Shown in pieces: positions 44,319 to 51,468 of a stretch of DNA of 51,599 nt. Each line of letters opens with the position of its first letter. The first letter of the stretch is position 1. The translations under genes and the position numbers were made by a program. This stretch comes from a virus (Duplodnaviria; Caudoviricetes): IMG/VR virus record IMGVR_UViG_3300048079_000024, positions 1 through 51,599 of that record; one strand, written 5' to 3'. The notes below the pieces were generated by a model that did not search any database, was not told the DNA's origin, and saw only the letters and a program-made list of their open reading frames with translations.

Positions 44319-44543
44319 TCACCTCCTCTGCCGCCGCAGCATTCGCAGCATGCGCTTGGTCTCTTCGATGCGCGCCATGATCCCGATAGCCTGATTGCTC
44401 CCAACAGGGACGCTCTCCAGCACGATCATCAGCGTCCCGAGCCGCGCCTCCAGTGCGCGTATAGAGTCATTCAGGGCTTGCCGTCGCCGTTCTGCTTCCT
44501 GCGTGGGCAAGCGTGATCCCCTGAGCGGTTCGGTCATAGTCAT
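44319..44543 (-). CDS. Helical hypothetical protein
   Basis: ATGA overlap. Confidence 0.6.
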   Translation of the reverse strand: MTMTEPLRGSRLPTQEAERRRQALNDSIRALEARLGTLMIVLESVPVGSNQAIGIMARIEETKRMLRMLRRQRR

Positions 44544-44737
44544 CCCCCCTTCCTCAATGCTCGCTCGTACTCTACTGTCCATCCTGCCCAGGTGAATTGT
44601 GGGCAGGGGCAAGTAGTGCATGCGCCGTGTCCCTCAGCGAAACGAGGCTTGTGCTGCGAATGCGGCCCATCTCCCGTATGTCCGCACGCGCACACGGAAT
44701 GTGGGGCGTCATACTCTGCGGGCTTCTTCGCCATCAT
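44540..44737 (-). CDS. Cys/His-rich small protein
   Basis: CACGH...H...GACTTCPCPQF. Confidence 0.7.
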   Translation of the reverse strand: MMAKKPAEYDAPHSVCACGHTGDGPHSQHKPRFAEGHGACTTCPCPQFTWAGWTVEYERALRKGG

Positions 44738-44964
44738 CGCTCCCTCCGCAGCGTCATCGTCACGCGGTACGGGCCGTCACCCATCTTGAGCTTGATCCCT
44801 GTGATCCGCGTGAAGTAATCCGAGCACACGGCCCCCGAGATACGGCGTGTTGACTCGTTGAAGTACGTGAACCCCCCATCCACCCTCTTCTTCGGTTTTG
44901 CTGGGAAGGCGCGTACTACAGCCGAGCCGCGAGACCTCGCCACCCAAAACGTTTTCGCTTTCAT
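44734..44964 (-). CDS. Basic hypothetical protein
   Basis: AAGGAGG RBS. Confidence 0.7.
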   Translation of the reverse strand: MKAKTFWVARSRGSAVVRAFPAKPKKRVDGGFTYFNESTRRISGAVCSDYFTRITGIKLKMGDGPYRVTMTLRRER

Positions 44965-44976
44965 CGTTGCCTCCTT

Positions 44977-45393
44977 TCACACCATCTCATCCATGCCGCT
45001 TGCCATCACTTCATCCTCGAACGTGCCTTCTGTCTCCTCGCCGCAGGAGCATTTCACCTGAGCCTGCACGGACACTCCATAGTACGAGCGCATGTAGCGC
45101 GCCAGTTTGATCTTGCGCCCGTGTCGGTCGTGCGTCTGCGAACGCTGGGTCATCTCGCTGTTGCTAGCTTCAACTTCCAGCGAATGTTTCTCACCCTGGT
45201 GTTTCTCCGCCCAATCGGAGAGATCAACCTCTGCGTCAAAGTTAGCCTCTTTCAATTCCGTGCCGCACTCCGCGCACGTGAGCACGATTCGCGCTGTGCC
45301 CGTGACCATGCCATCCTCGTCCACCTCCAGGTCCACTTCTGGCTCGGTGGAATCATCGTAGCTCACGAACTTGTTACAGTCGGGACACCGCAT
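44977..45393 (-). CDS. Acidic Cys-containing protein
   Basis: MRCPDC, CAEC, CSC; very D/E-rich. Confidence 0.7.
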   Translation of the reverse strand: MRCPDCNKFVSYDDSTEPEVDLEVDEDGMVTGTARIVLTCAECGTELKEANFDAEVDLSDWAEKHQGEKHSLEVEASNSEMTQRSQTHDRHGRKIKLARYMRSYYGVSVQAQVKCSCGEETEGTFEDEVMASGMDEMV

Positions 45394-45481
45394 ATCGTCA
45401 CCCCCTTCTGGAGTGGAGCCAGCCCGCCGTGCGGTCATTTGGTGCCAAGGGCACACATGCGAACGAGCCAGCCCCTCTCGT

Positions 45482-46210
45482 CTAGCTGCTGAAGAACCGC
45501 CCGAGCCGCTGCAAGTGGGCCATCGCGGCTTGTGGCGGGGCACCCTTCAGTGCTCGCGTGCAGGCGTTATGCGCACCCCACTGTGAACGGGGTATACAGT
45601 CTTCATACCCCAACTCCTGCGCCTTGAAGAAGTTACTCGCCACCTCGTTGAACAGCGTGTGCGACAGGATGCCCTGCTGGAAGATGTCGAAGATCAGGGC
45701 CTTCGCTGCCTCGCCGTCCACGCGCGCTGACTTCATCGCCCCCACGGAGTGATCGAACACCCGGCACGCCTGAAAGTACCGATCCAGGCCACTGTCGATC
45801 TCATAATTCAGTGACAGTCGCCGGTAGTGGGCCGCGCGCACGATTTGGCTCTCCCCGCTGAGGGCCAGGTTGTCACAGATGAAGATCCGCGCGCCGACCA
45901 CGAGATGAATTGCCAGGCTCCGATCATGCGACGTGCGGAATCCGAGGGACCGTCCGTATTCTTTCTGACCGTTCGCACCCGTCAAATCGAACAGCCCGAA
46001 CAGCTTGTTATTCGACGGATTCAGGGCCAACTGTTCCCGCTCGATGGTGATGCCCTTTGCCGCGAGCCGGTCAGAGATGACCTCGACTAGCTCGGGAAAC
46101 GCCACGGCACGATAGGTGCGCGTGGTCACAGGCGTCTCCACCTGGGCCAGTTCCGCCCGTGTCACCAGACGTGAGCCACGATGCAGGACGATGTTTGACT
46201 TCGCTTCCAT
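45482..46210 (-). CDS. DUF932-like protein
   Basis: LGFRTSHDRSLA...GARIFICDNLALSG...H; W.AHNA.T.ALK. Confidence 0.75.
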   Translation of the reverse strand: MEAKSNIVLHRGSRLVTRAELAQVETPVTTRTYRAVAFPELVEVISDRLAAKGITIEREQLALNPSNNKLFGLFDLTGANGQKEYGRSLGFRTSHDRSLAIHLVVGARIFICDNLALSGESQIVRAAHYRRLSLNYEIDSGLDRYFQACRVFDHSVGAMKSARVDGEAAKALIFDIFQQGILSHTLFNEVASNFFKAQELGYEDCIPRSQWGAHNACTRALKGAPPQAAMAHLQRLGRFFSS

Positions 46211-46223
46211 TGTGGGCCTCCTC

Positions 46224-46298
46224 TCACCCTCGTATGAGGGCGATCACGATTGCCGTTGCTAGGATTGCTAGCCACGCCAGTATGTACCTCCATACCAA
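46224..46298 (-). CDS. 24-aa single-TM peptide
   Basis: GGAGGTGAT RBS, TTG start; MVWRYILAWLAILATAIVIALIRG. Confidence 0.55.
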   Translation of the reverse strand: MVWRYILAWLAILATAIVIALIRG

Positions 46299-46302
46299 GG
46301 CA

Positions 46303-46617
46303 TCACCTCCCCTTCGCGCGCTTCCAGATGTTGTGCTTCTCTGTTGCAAGAGCCTTAGCGTATTCCTCGAAGCCATTGGTGGCATCACCCACGGTGAAGC
46401 CAAGGTGCCCCTGCACATCGTCCAAAGCCTCCCGCGCGATTTGGGGGTAGCTGTGGTGATCGACTGGCTTGTATTCACCATCCTCTGTGCGGAACGGGCA
46501 CCCGCGCGACCGCGCGACCTTCGCCGCCGGTCACAGGCCCACGCCCACTTTGCCCCACAGGCGACCGAAATACCGTGCTGTCTTGGCAAGAGCGATCTCT
46601 TTCTCAGTCAGCGGCAT
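46303..46617 (-). CDS. Candidate selenoprotein (104 aa, in-frame UGA at codon 29); alternatively a nonsense pseudogene
   Basis: MPLTEKEIALAKTARYFGRLWGKVGVGL-UGA-PAAKVARSRGCPFRTEDGEYK...KRAKGR; read-through tiles the gap exactly; SECIS-like hairpin downstream. Confidence 0.6.
46497..46533 (-). promoter_or_regulatory. Putative bacterial SECIS element
   Basis: UGA CCGGCGGCGAAGG UCGCGC GGUC GCGCGG GUGCC; apical loop GGUC at +20..+23. Confidence 0.55.
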
Positions 46618-46618
46618 G

Positions 46619-46975
46619 TCAGTCCCTCACCCTGCGCTCCACGTCCCGCGCGTAGTCGAACTCTCGTGCTTGCAGAATCTCCCACAGACCAGGATTCAGC
46701 ACGACGGGCTTGTGCTCCTCGTGCGTGATTGTCGTCGGCGTCTGCACGTCCAAGAATCGCGCCGTCAGCACGGGCACCCGACCGCGCGCTTCCCTGGTCC
46801 ACTGTTCCTCGTACCGCTCCAGGATCGCCGCTTCGCCCTCCGTGATGCGGTGCGCGTGGCCTGTGGCTTCCCCACGCTGAATGATGCGGGACTCGTTCTG
46901 CTTCAGGTTGTTCAAATACTCGCCGCGCTCCGAACGCCGAAACAGCATGTCTCCGTGCCTCACGAGATCCTTCAT
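46619..46975 (-). CDS. His-rich conserved hypothetical protein (R[QH]GD / GE.TGH.H / HEEH family)
   Basis: RHGDM, GEATGHAH, THEEH, L.PG.W...QAREFD...V.D. Confidence 0.75.
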   Translation of the reverse strand: MKDLVRHGDMLFRRSERGEYLNNLKQNESRIIQRGEATGHAHRITEGEAAILERYEEQWTREARGRVPVLTARFLDVQTPTTITHEEHKPVVLNPGLWEILQAREFDYARDVERRVRD

Positions 46976-47184
46976 GGTGTCCCCCTTTTCAGTATACGTG
47001 CGAGTTTCTCGTTCCATGCTCTCTCCCGAATGATCCGGCTTGCCTCGTCTCGGTACTTATACAACGCTTGGTACAGTGCCTCGGCCTCCTTTCTCTTGGC
47101 TTCGAGCGCGTCGATGCGCGCGGCCAAGTCTTTGAGAAACGGTGTCGGGCATTTCTGCAAATCTGCGAGACTCTGAATGCTCAT
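46972..47184 (-). CDS. Coiled-coil hypothetical protein
   Basis: GGAGG RBS; ATGA overlap. Confidence 0.65.
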   Translation of the reverse strand: MSIQSLADLQKCPTPFLKDLAARIDALEAKRKEAEALYQALYKYRDEASRIIRERAWNEKLARILKRGTP

Positions 47185-47185
47185 G

Positions 47186-47974
47186 CTACGCCTCCGCTGC
47201 GATCCGTTCCAGATACTTCGGCGTCTGAAACATCCAATCGAGCGCGTCCGAGACTGTGGCACACCCTGGCTGCACGGGGTGAATGTACGTCACCTGCGTA
47301 CTCGGACAGACCATCTTCAGCGCGGTGATGGACTGCATTCGACTCAAGGAATACGAGATCAACTGGTACTCCCCGTGCGTGTCGATCACTGCCGCCTCTA
47401 CGTCAGTCAGGAACCGCTCGATCCCGTACACCTTCGCCATTGCCATGCGAACCGTCACGTTCTGCTCACTCTGGATCATGCCCAGCGTCAACGGCTTGCG
47501 GAGTTTACCCCCGCGTCGCGCTTTGAGAATCCAGAATCGCTCTTTGTACCGCTCCCGTCGCTGTGCGTTGACCTCTGCGCGATGCTCCTTCATCGCCTCG
47601 GCAGGATCAGTGCCACCCTCGATTTCACCCTCGGGCGTGATGGTGATAACATCGTGCGAATCGAACACTGTCTGCGCGCCACGCTGCCACCCTTGCCCGA
47701 GCGCGACGTATCCCCCGTACATGCTCGCATGCGACCATACCTGCCACGGGCGAGGGAGAAACCTGTTCAGCCGATCCTTGGTTGTGATAGTATTCCACCC
47801 ACCCATGCAGAGCCGCACCGTCCCGTCTGCACGCAGCGTGATGATGCGCGTGCTGTGGAGACGCACGTAGATCGCTGTCCCGACTGCATCCCGCTCCAGG
47901 TACGTGTTTCGTGCAATGCGGCGCGACTTCTTACATCGCCCCTGCAACTGTCGGTCTGCCTCGGCGTAGGTCAT
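47186..47974 (-). CDS. Two-domain protein with DUF6745-like C-terminus
   Basis: N-terminal NT..VRLH.T.I..GGW.T.TTK.R.N; C-terminal EQN..VR....YG.ERFL...M.CPST...Y...V.P....DAL.W.F. Confidence 0.65.
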   Translation of the reverse strand: MTYAEADRQLQGRCKKSRRIARNTYLERDAVGTAIYVRLHSTRIITLRADGTVRLCMGGWNTITTKDRLNRFLPRPWQVWSHASMYGGYVALGQGWQRGAQTVFDSHDVITITPEGEIEGGTDPAEAMKEHRAEVNAQRRERYKERFWILKARRGGKLRKPLTLGMIQSEQNVTVRMAMAKVYGIERFLTDVEAAVIDTHGEYQLISYSLSRMQSITALKMVCPSTQVTYIHPVQPGCATVSDALDWMFQTPKYLERIAAEA

Positions 47975-48183
47975 CGCTTCGCCCTCCGTGGGGTGAATGG
48001 AGTCGCGTCAATGCCGATCTGCTCTGCGATGGTGGGCCTCCCGTACTCCATTGTCATCCCCGCTGCGTCAGTGATTAACTCCACGAGCGCACGGTCATAC
48101 TCAGGGTTCTCGCCGTCCTCAGACTTGAGATCTCGCGCCAGCTTGATTAGACGCGCGATGCTCACTGCGTTGGTTGCCATCAC
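47971..48183 (-). CDS. Hypothetical protein
   Basis: ENPEYDRA.VEL motif; overlaps. Confidence 0.7.
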   Translation of the reverse strand: MMATNAVSIARLIKLARDLKSEDGENPEYDRALVELITDAAGMTMEYGRPTIAEQIGIDATPFTPRRAKR

Positions 48184-48395
48184 ACATCCCTCCCCACAAT
48201 CGGCACGTCACTCGCCGATGAAATGCTCACCTGACTGCCGCGTGCCTCGAACTCCACGTCCTCGCCGTTGGGCCTCTGGAGCTTCTTCGCAGTCTTTTCG
48301 AGCGGCTCAATGAGCGCACGGCTGGCATTGACCATGACCACGCGCCACAGTTTGCTCTGGTAGCGTATGATGTCACCCTTGCGGAGTCTCAGCAT
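48180..48395 (-). CDS. Small SH3/KOW-like beta protein
   Basis: LRKGDIIRY...WRVVMVN; TAATG overlap. Confidence 0.6.
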   Translation of the reverse strand: MLRLRKGDIIRYQSKLWRVVMVNASRALIEPLEKTAKKLQRPNGEDVEFEARGSQVSISSASDVPIVGRDV

Positions 48396-48613
48396 TATGG
48401 CAACCCCCTCACTCTGCACTCGTTCTCGAATGCACGCGCCCGTCCGAGCGGCCACGAGCCGATCACTGCTTGCTGGAATTGACGAGCGATCAGCCGCCGC
48501 AACTCGTGCCCGTCCCATTCCTCGGGCCACTTCTCGCAGTCTCGAATCAGGTCACGCCTCACGTTCTCAACTAGCTCATTGACAAACTGCACCTTTGCAC
48601 CCAGGTCTAACAT
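48395..48613 (-). CDS. Hypothetical protein
   Basis: PEEWDGHELR motif; tiling. Confidence 0.65.
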   Translation of the reverse strand: MLDLGAKVQFVNELVENVRRDLIRDCEKWPEEWDGHELRRLIARQFQQAVIGSWPLGRARAFENECRVRGLP

Positions 48614-49182
48614 CCCGCCCCCACTTTCTCGGCGTAGTGCTTCGCCGCGTTGCGCGCTTCCTCCAGGGCATACTTCCCCCCATAGAAGCCCCAACACGAG
48701 TCTATGTGATCCCCGCCTGTGTCCTCGATGACGTACCCGTACACGTCGCCGCTCAGGTATTGGTCATACGTGTCCACTTCCTGCTCCAGCACGCGCTCAA
48801 CCTTCGCACGCAGAGCCTTGGTCATGCGCTTCGCTTTGTATTCCTTCAGGGCATCCTCCGCGGTGACGTAGATGAACCCGACCTTGCCCGAGTCGAACTC
48901 TGCGTGGCCTTGTGACAGCAATCCCTGGAATGAGCCCACCTTCATCCGCAGCCCCGAGTGATCGTACAGGTACAGAGGCAAAGAGATGTTGTTGTCTGCC
49001 ACCTCGACCAGCATTGCCTCCTCGATGCTGAGCCCGTGTTTATCCCCTAGCTCATACCGCCGGTGAAAGCACACCATCGTCCCGAGATTGTCCCACTCAC
49101 GCGGGCTCTCAGGCTGCTCGTCCTGGTACAGCTTGATCGTGAGTCCTTGGTACTGCTCCGTCTCGACTGCTTGCTGCCTCAT
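48607..49182 (-). CDS. Conserved mobile-element early protein
   Basis: SPREWDNLG, PLYLYDHSG, DSG.VGFIY, YDQYL.G.VYGY, DSCWGFYG. Confidence 0.75.
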   Translation of the reverse strand: MRQQAVETEQYQGLTIKLYQDEQPESPREWDNLGTMVCFHRRYELGDKHGLSIEEAMLVEVADNNISLPLYLYDHSGLRMKVGSFQGLLSQGHAEFDSGKVGFIYVTAEDALKEYKAKRMTKALRAKVERVLEQEVDTYDQYLSGDVYGYVIEDTGGDHIDSCWGFYGGKYALEEARNAAKHYAEKVGAGC

Positions 49183-49337
49183 GCTCGGTCCTCCTTTCTC
49201 AGCACCGCGTTGATGTGCTTGTCCAGCTCTGCCCGATTCTCGCGCACGAATGCGGTCAGGTTCTTGCGCGCTCCTTTCCACGTCAGGTACAGCGTCTCGT
49301 CGTTCAGCACCCACAGCTTGCGCTCGTCATCGTTCAC
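49179..49337 (-). CDS. 52-aa hypothetical protein
   Basis: GAGGAGGTG RBS; WVLNDETLY motif. Confidence 0.65.
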   Translation of the reverse strand: MNDDERKLWVLNDETLYLTWKGARKNLTAFVRENRAELDKHINAVLRKEDRA

Positions 49338-49349
49338 GCGGGCACCTCC

Positions 49350-49658
49350 TCACCGTTCGATGGGCACACAAATACAATTCGTGAGGTGCAACTTGCACCC
49401 TTCACAGATCACCAGCGGACACTCACTCGCCGCGTGCCAGTGGTGCGCGTAGAAGGTTGTGATCTGGCTGTAGTCATACAGCCCATGCTTCACGGGCACC
49501 CTGAACTCATTGGGCCGTGTTTTCCACGTCTGCGTCTGTCCGTTGCGCCGCCAGATTTCTTGTTTGATGGTGACGCCGCCCCGTGGTCCGACGATCCGCT
49601 TGCATGTGCCCACATGAAACTCCTGCTCGGTCATCGCTTGCGCTTTGGTCAGCATCAT
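49350..49658 (-). CDS. Hypothetical protein
   Basis: WRRNG.TQTWKTRP.EFRVPVKHGLY; C-terminal Cys cluster. Confidence 0.7.
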   Translation of the reverse strand: MMLTKAQAMTEQEFHVGTCKRIVGPRGGVTIKQEIWRRNGQTQTWKTRPNEFRVPVKHGLYDYSQITTFYAHHWHAASECPLVICEGCKLHLTNCICVPIER

Positions 49659-49846
49659 GGTGCCTCCTGTCTCAGTGGAATGCCCTTGAAGTCGCTTCGT
49701 TTGTATCCCCAACTCTTTATCATTGTACGGCGGTGCTCGGGGTCGTCACACTTGCATGATCCATCCTCGCGGTAGTGCTCAGGTATCAGGATGACGAACC
49801 GACACTTCAGGATGTCGGACTGTCGAATGATCTTCACGTCCATCAT
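49655..49846 (-). CDS. Hypothetical protein
   Basis: C...I..PEHYR.DGSC.C; ATGA overlaps. Confidence 0.65.
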   Translation of the reverse strand: MMDVKIIRQSDILKCRFVILIPEHYREDGSCKCDDPEHRRTMIKSWGYKRSDFKGIPLRQEAP

Positions 49847-49974
49847 CGCACCTCCATCACCGTCTTGATCCACCCGTACCAAGCCAAGCACCAATCACAC
49901 AACACGCTCGGCTTATCCTTTCTCCGCGTGATCCGTGGGTAGCATCCGTGGCACCAGACCTTGCGATTTACCAT
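49843..49974 (-). CDS. 43-aa Zn-ribbon-like protein, first gene of the leftward early operon
   Basis: AGGAGGCCCGA RBS; CHGC...CDWC. Confidence 0.6.
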   Translation of the reverse strand: MVNRKVWCHGCYPRITRRKDKPSVLCDWCLAWYGWIKTVMEVR

Positions 49975-50033
49975 GATCGGGCCTCCTCTCTGTGTGCTGC
50001 TTATCACCTAAACGGGGATTTCCGCTCGCCTAA

Positions 50034-50062
50034 AGTATCGTACAGGGGTCGAATCTTGTCAA
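50034..50062 (-). promoter_or_regulatory. Leftward early sigma70 promoter
   Basis: TTGACA-N17-GATACT. Confidence 0.75.
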
Positions 50063-50480
50063 GAAAAATCGTAAAACCGCTCTCGATTCGCGGGCTTTGC
50101 TAGCATTGTCAGGCGCGTCCGACTCGTCTGATTTGCCTCGAAAAACCGATTTTCGGCCCCGGTGCCCGAACACAGCATTCGCAGATCCAGCAGCATCCGT
50201 GCGTGTTTGTCTGTCAGTGTCAGATGTGACAGTTTCGATGCGTGGGTGAGGGCTACTTTGCCCAATGCTCACACGCACATGCCAGTCATCGCTTAGACGG
50301 AAAATCGAACTGTCTGATGAGTGCGAAGGCTTGTGAAATCACACACATGCTTGTCCATCATTCGACGGCGAACGTTCGACGTGAGATCGAGGCACCCTTG
50401 GGGGTAGCTAAAGAGATCTAGCTAGAGAGCTAATCACACTTGTCTGATATTGAGACCTAGAGAGTATATTGAGTAGTAGA

Positions 50481-50575
50481 GTTAGTTAGTTAGTTAGTAG
50501 ACTCCATTTCTTCGCGATGAGTGGTATAAGGGGGTGCTTATCATACGTCGAATGGATGACATCGAATGGATGACA
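50481..50575. repeat. Short tandem repeats in the AT-rich control region
   Basis: (GTTA)4 at 50481-50496; TCGAATGGATGACA x2 at 50548-50575. Confidence 0.85.
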
Positions 50576-50799
50576 GCGAGGTGCGCGTGAATAATGCGTT
50601 TACAGCGTTCGGACATTCGATAGCAAGTCGAATGATGGACATGGAAGCGTATAGAACTGTTCACGTATAGAGCATTTCAGAAACAGTCGAATGAGACAGA
50701 TCGCACGTATACAGGTAAAGTGCTGCTGGTACTGGGCTATGTGATGATCCCACCCTGGACCTGGGTTCGGGAAAATGGTCGAATCTTTGTCTGACGAGC

Positions 50800-50828
50800 T
50801 TGACAAGTCAGATGCCCCGTCTTATACT
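50800..50828 (+). promoter_or_regulatory. Rightward early sigma70 promoter
   Basis: TTGACA-N17-TATACT. Confidence 0.85.
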
Positions 50829-50899
50829 TTGGGCGAGGGCGAAAACGGCGTCGGGCCGTTCCCGACATGTAGTTAGCTGATAAGCATGGGAGGCGTACC

Positions 50900-51148
50900 A
50901 TGAACGGGAAAGACCAGATCGTGCATGCTCAGGCCGTGGCGACGTACAAAGAGTTCCTGGAGTCAGCATCAGAGCAGACCGAGAGGGGCATCAACATCGC
51001 CCTGGCAAATCCTGACTTGTTCGAGGTGGAGAGGTGGACTGGTATGGGTATAGAAGTTGGCGAGATCCACATCAAGTGCCCTGCCATGTTCACCGAGGCC
51101 GTGGCGATGTACGGGACGGAGCAACAGAGAGCGGCGATTCTCAACTGA
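50900..51148 (+). CDS. Early hypothetical protein
   Basis: GGGAGG RBS, downstream of a promoter. Confidence 0.75.
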   Translation: MNGKDQIVHAQAVATYKEFLESASEQTERGINIALANPDLFEVERWTGMGIEVGEIHIKCPAMFTEAVAMYGTEQQRAAILN

Positions 51149-51150
51149 GC

Positions 51151-51179
51151 TTGACAAGTCCGACGTGTCGCACGATACT
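51151..51179 (+). promoter_or_regulatory. Second rightward early promoter
   Basis: TTGACA-N17-GATACT; shares GAGCTTGACAAGTC with the 50800 promoter. Confidence 0.75.
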
Positions 51180-51227
51180 GTCGGCGATGGTCGCAATACC
51201 GCGACCCTCACACAAGGGAGGATCGAC

Positions 51228-51392
51228 ATGAAGGCAACATTGAAGGGCAACATGCTAGTGATCGAGATAGCACTGGACAAGGGCAAGCCGAGTAGCACGG
51301 GGAAGAGCATCATCCGCTTCTCGTCTCGGGGATTCCAGCATGTCTCCGATGGACTGCGGGCGAACGTCACGGTGATCGCGCCGGTGAAGTAG
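51228..51392 (+). CDS. 54-aa early protein
   Basis: GGGAGG RBS; L.IEI.L...PSSTGKS...SS.G. Confidence 0.7.
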   Translation: MKATLKGNMLVIEIALDKGKPSSTGKSIIRFSSRGFQHVSDGLRANVTVIAPVK

Positions 51393-51393
51393 C

Positions 51394-51468
51394 ATGAGCG
51401 ATGCACAGGTGTTGACCGTGATCGTGCTGCTGTACGTCGCGGTGTCAATGCTGGCAAATCTTCGGTAG
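51394..51468 (+). CDS. 24-aa hydrophobic peptide
   Basis: MSDAQVLTVIVLLYVAVSMLANLR; lies between the previous stop and the terminator. Confidence 0.35.
   Translation: MSDAQVLTVIVLLYVAVSMLANLR

Noticed and set aside
46224-46589. 121-aa track ORF covering the selenoprotein locus
   Set aside because: No RBS at its TTG and an R/S/T-rich shadow translation. Only its last 24 codons have a perfect RBS and look real. It remains the main alternative to the read-through model.
50481-50700. CRISPR array
   Set aside because: Repeats are 4-15 bp, irregular and lack spacer periodicity; the Cas4-like gene is a standard phage exonuclease.
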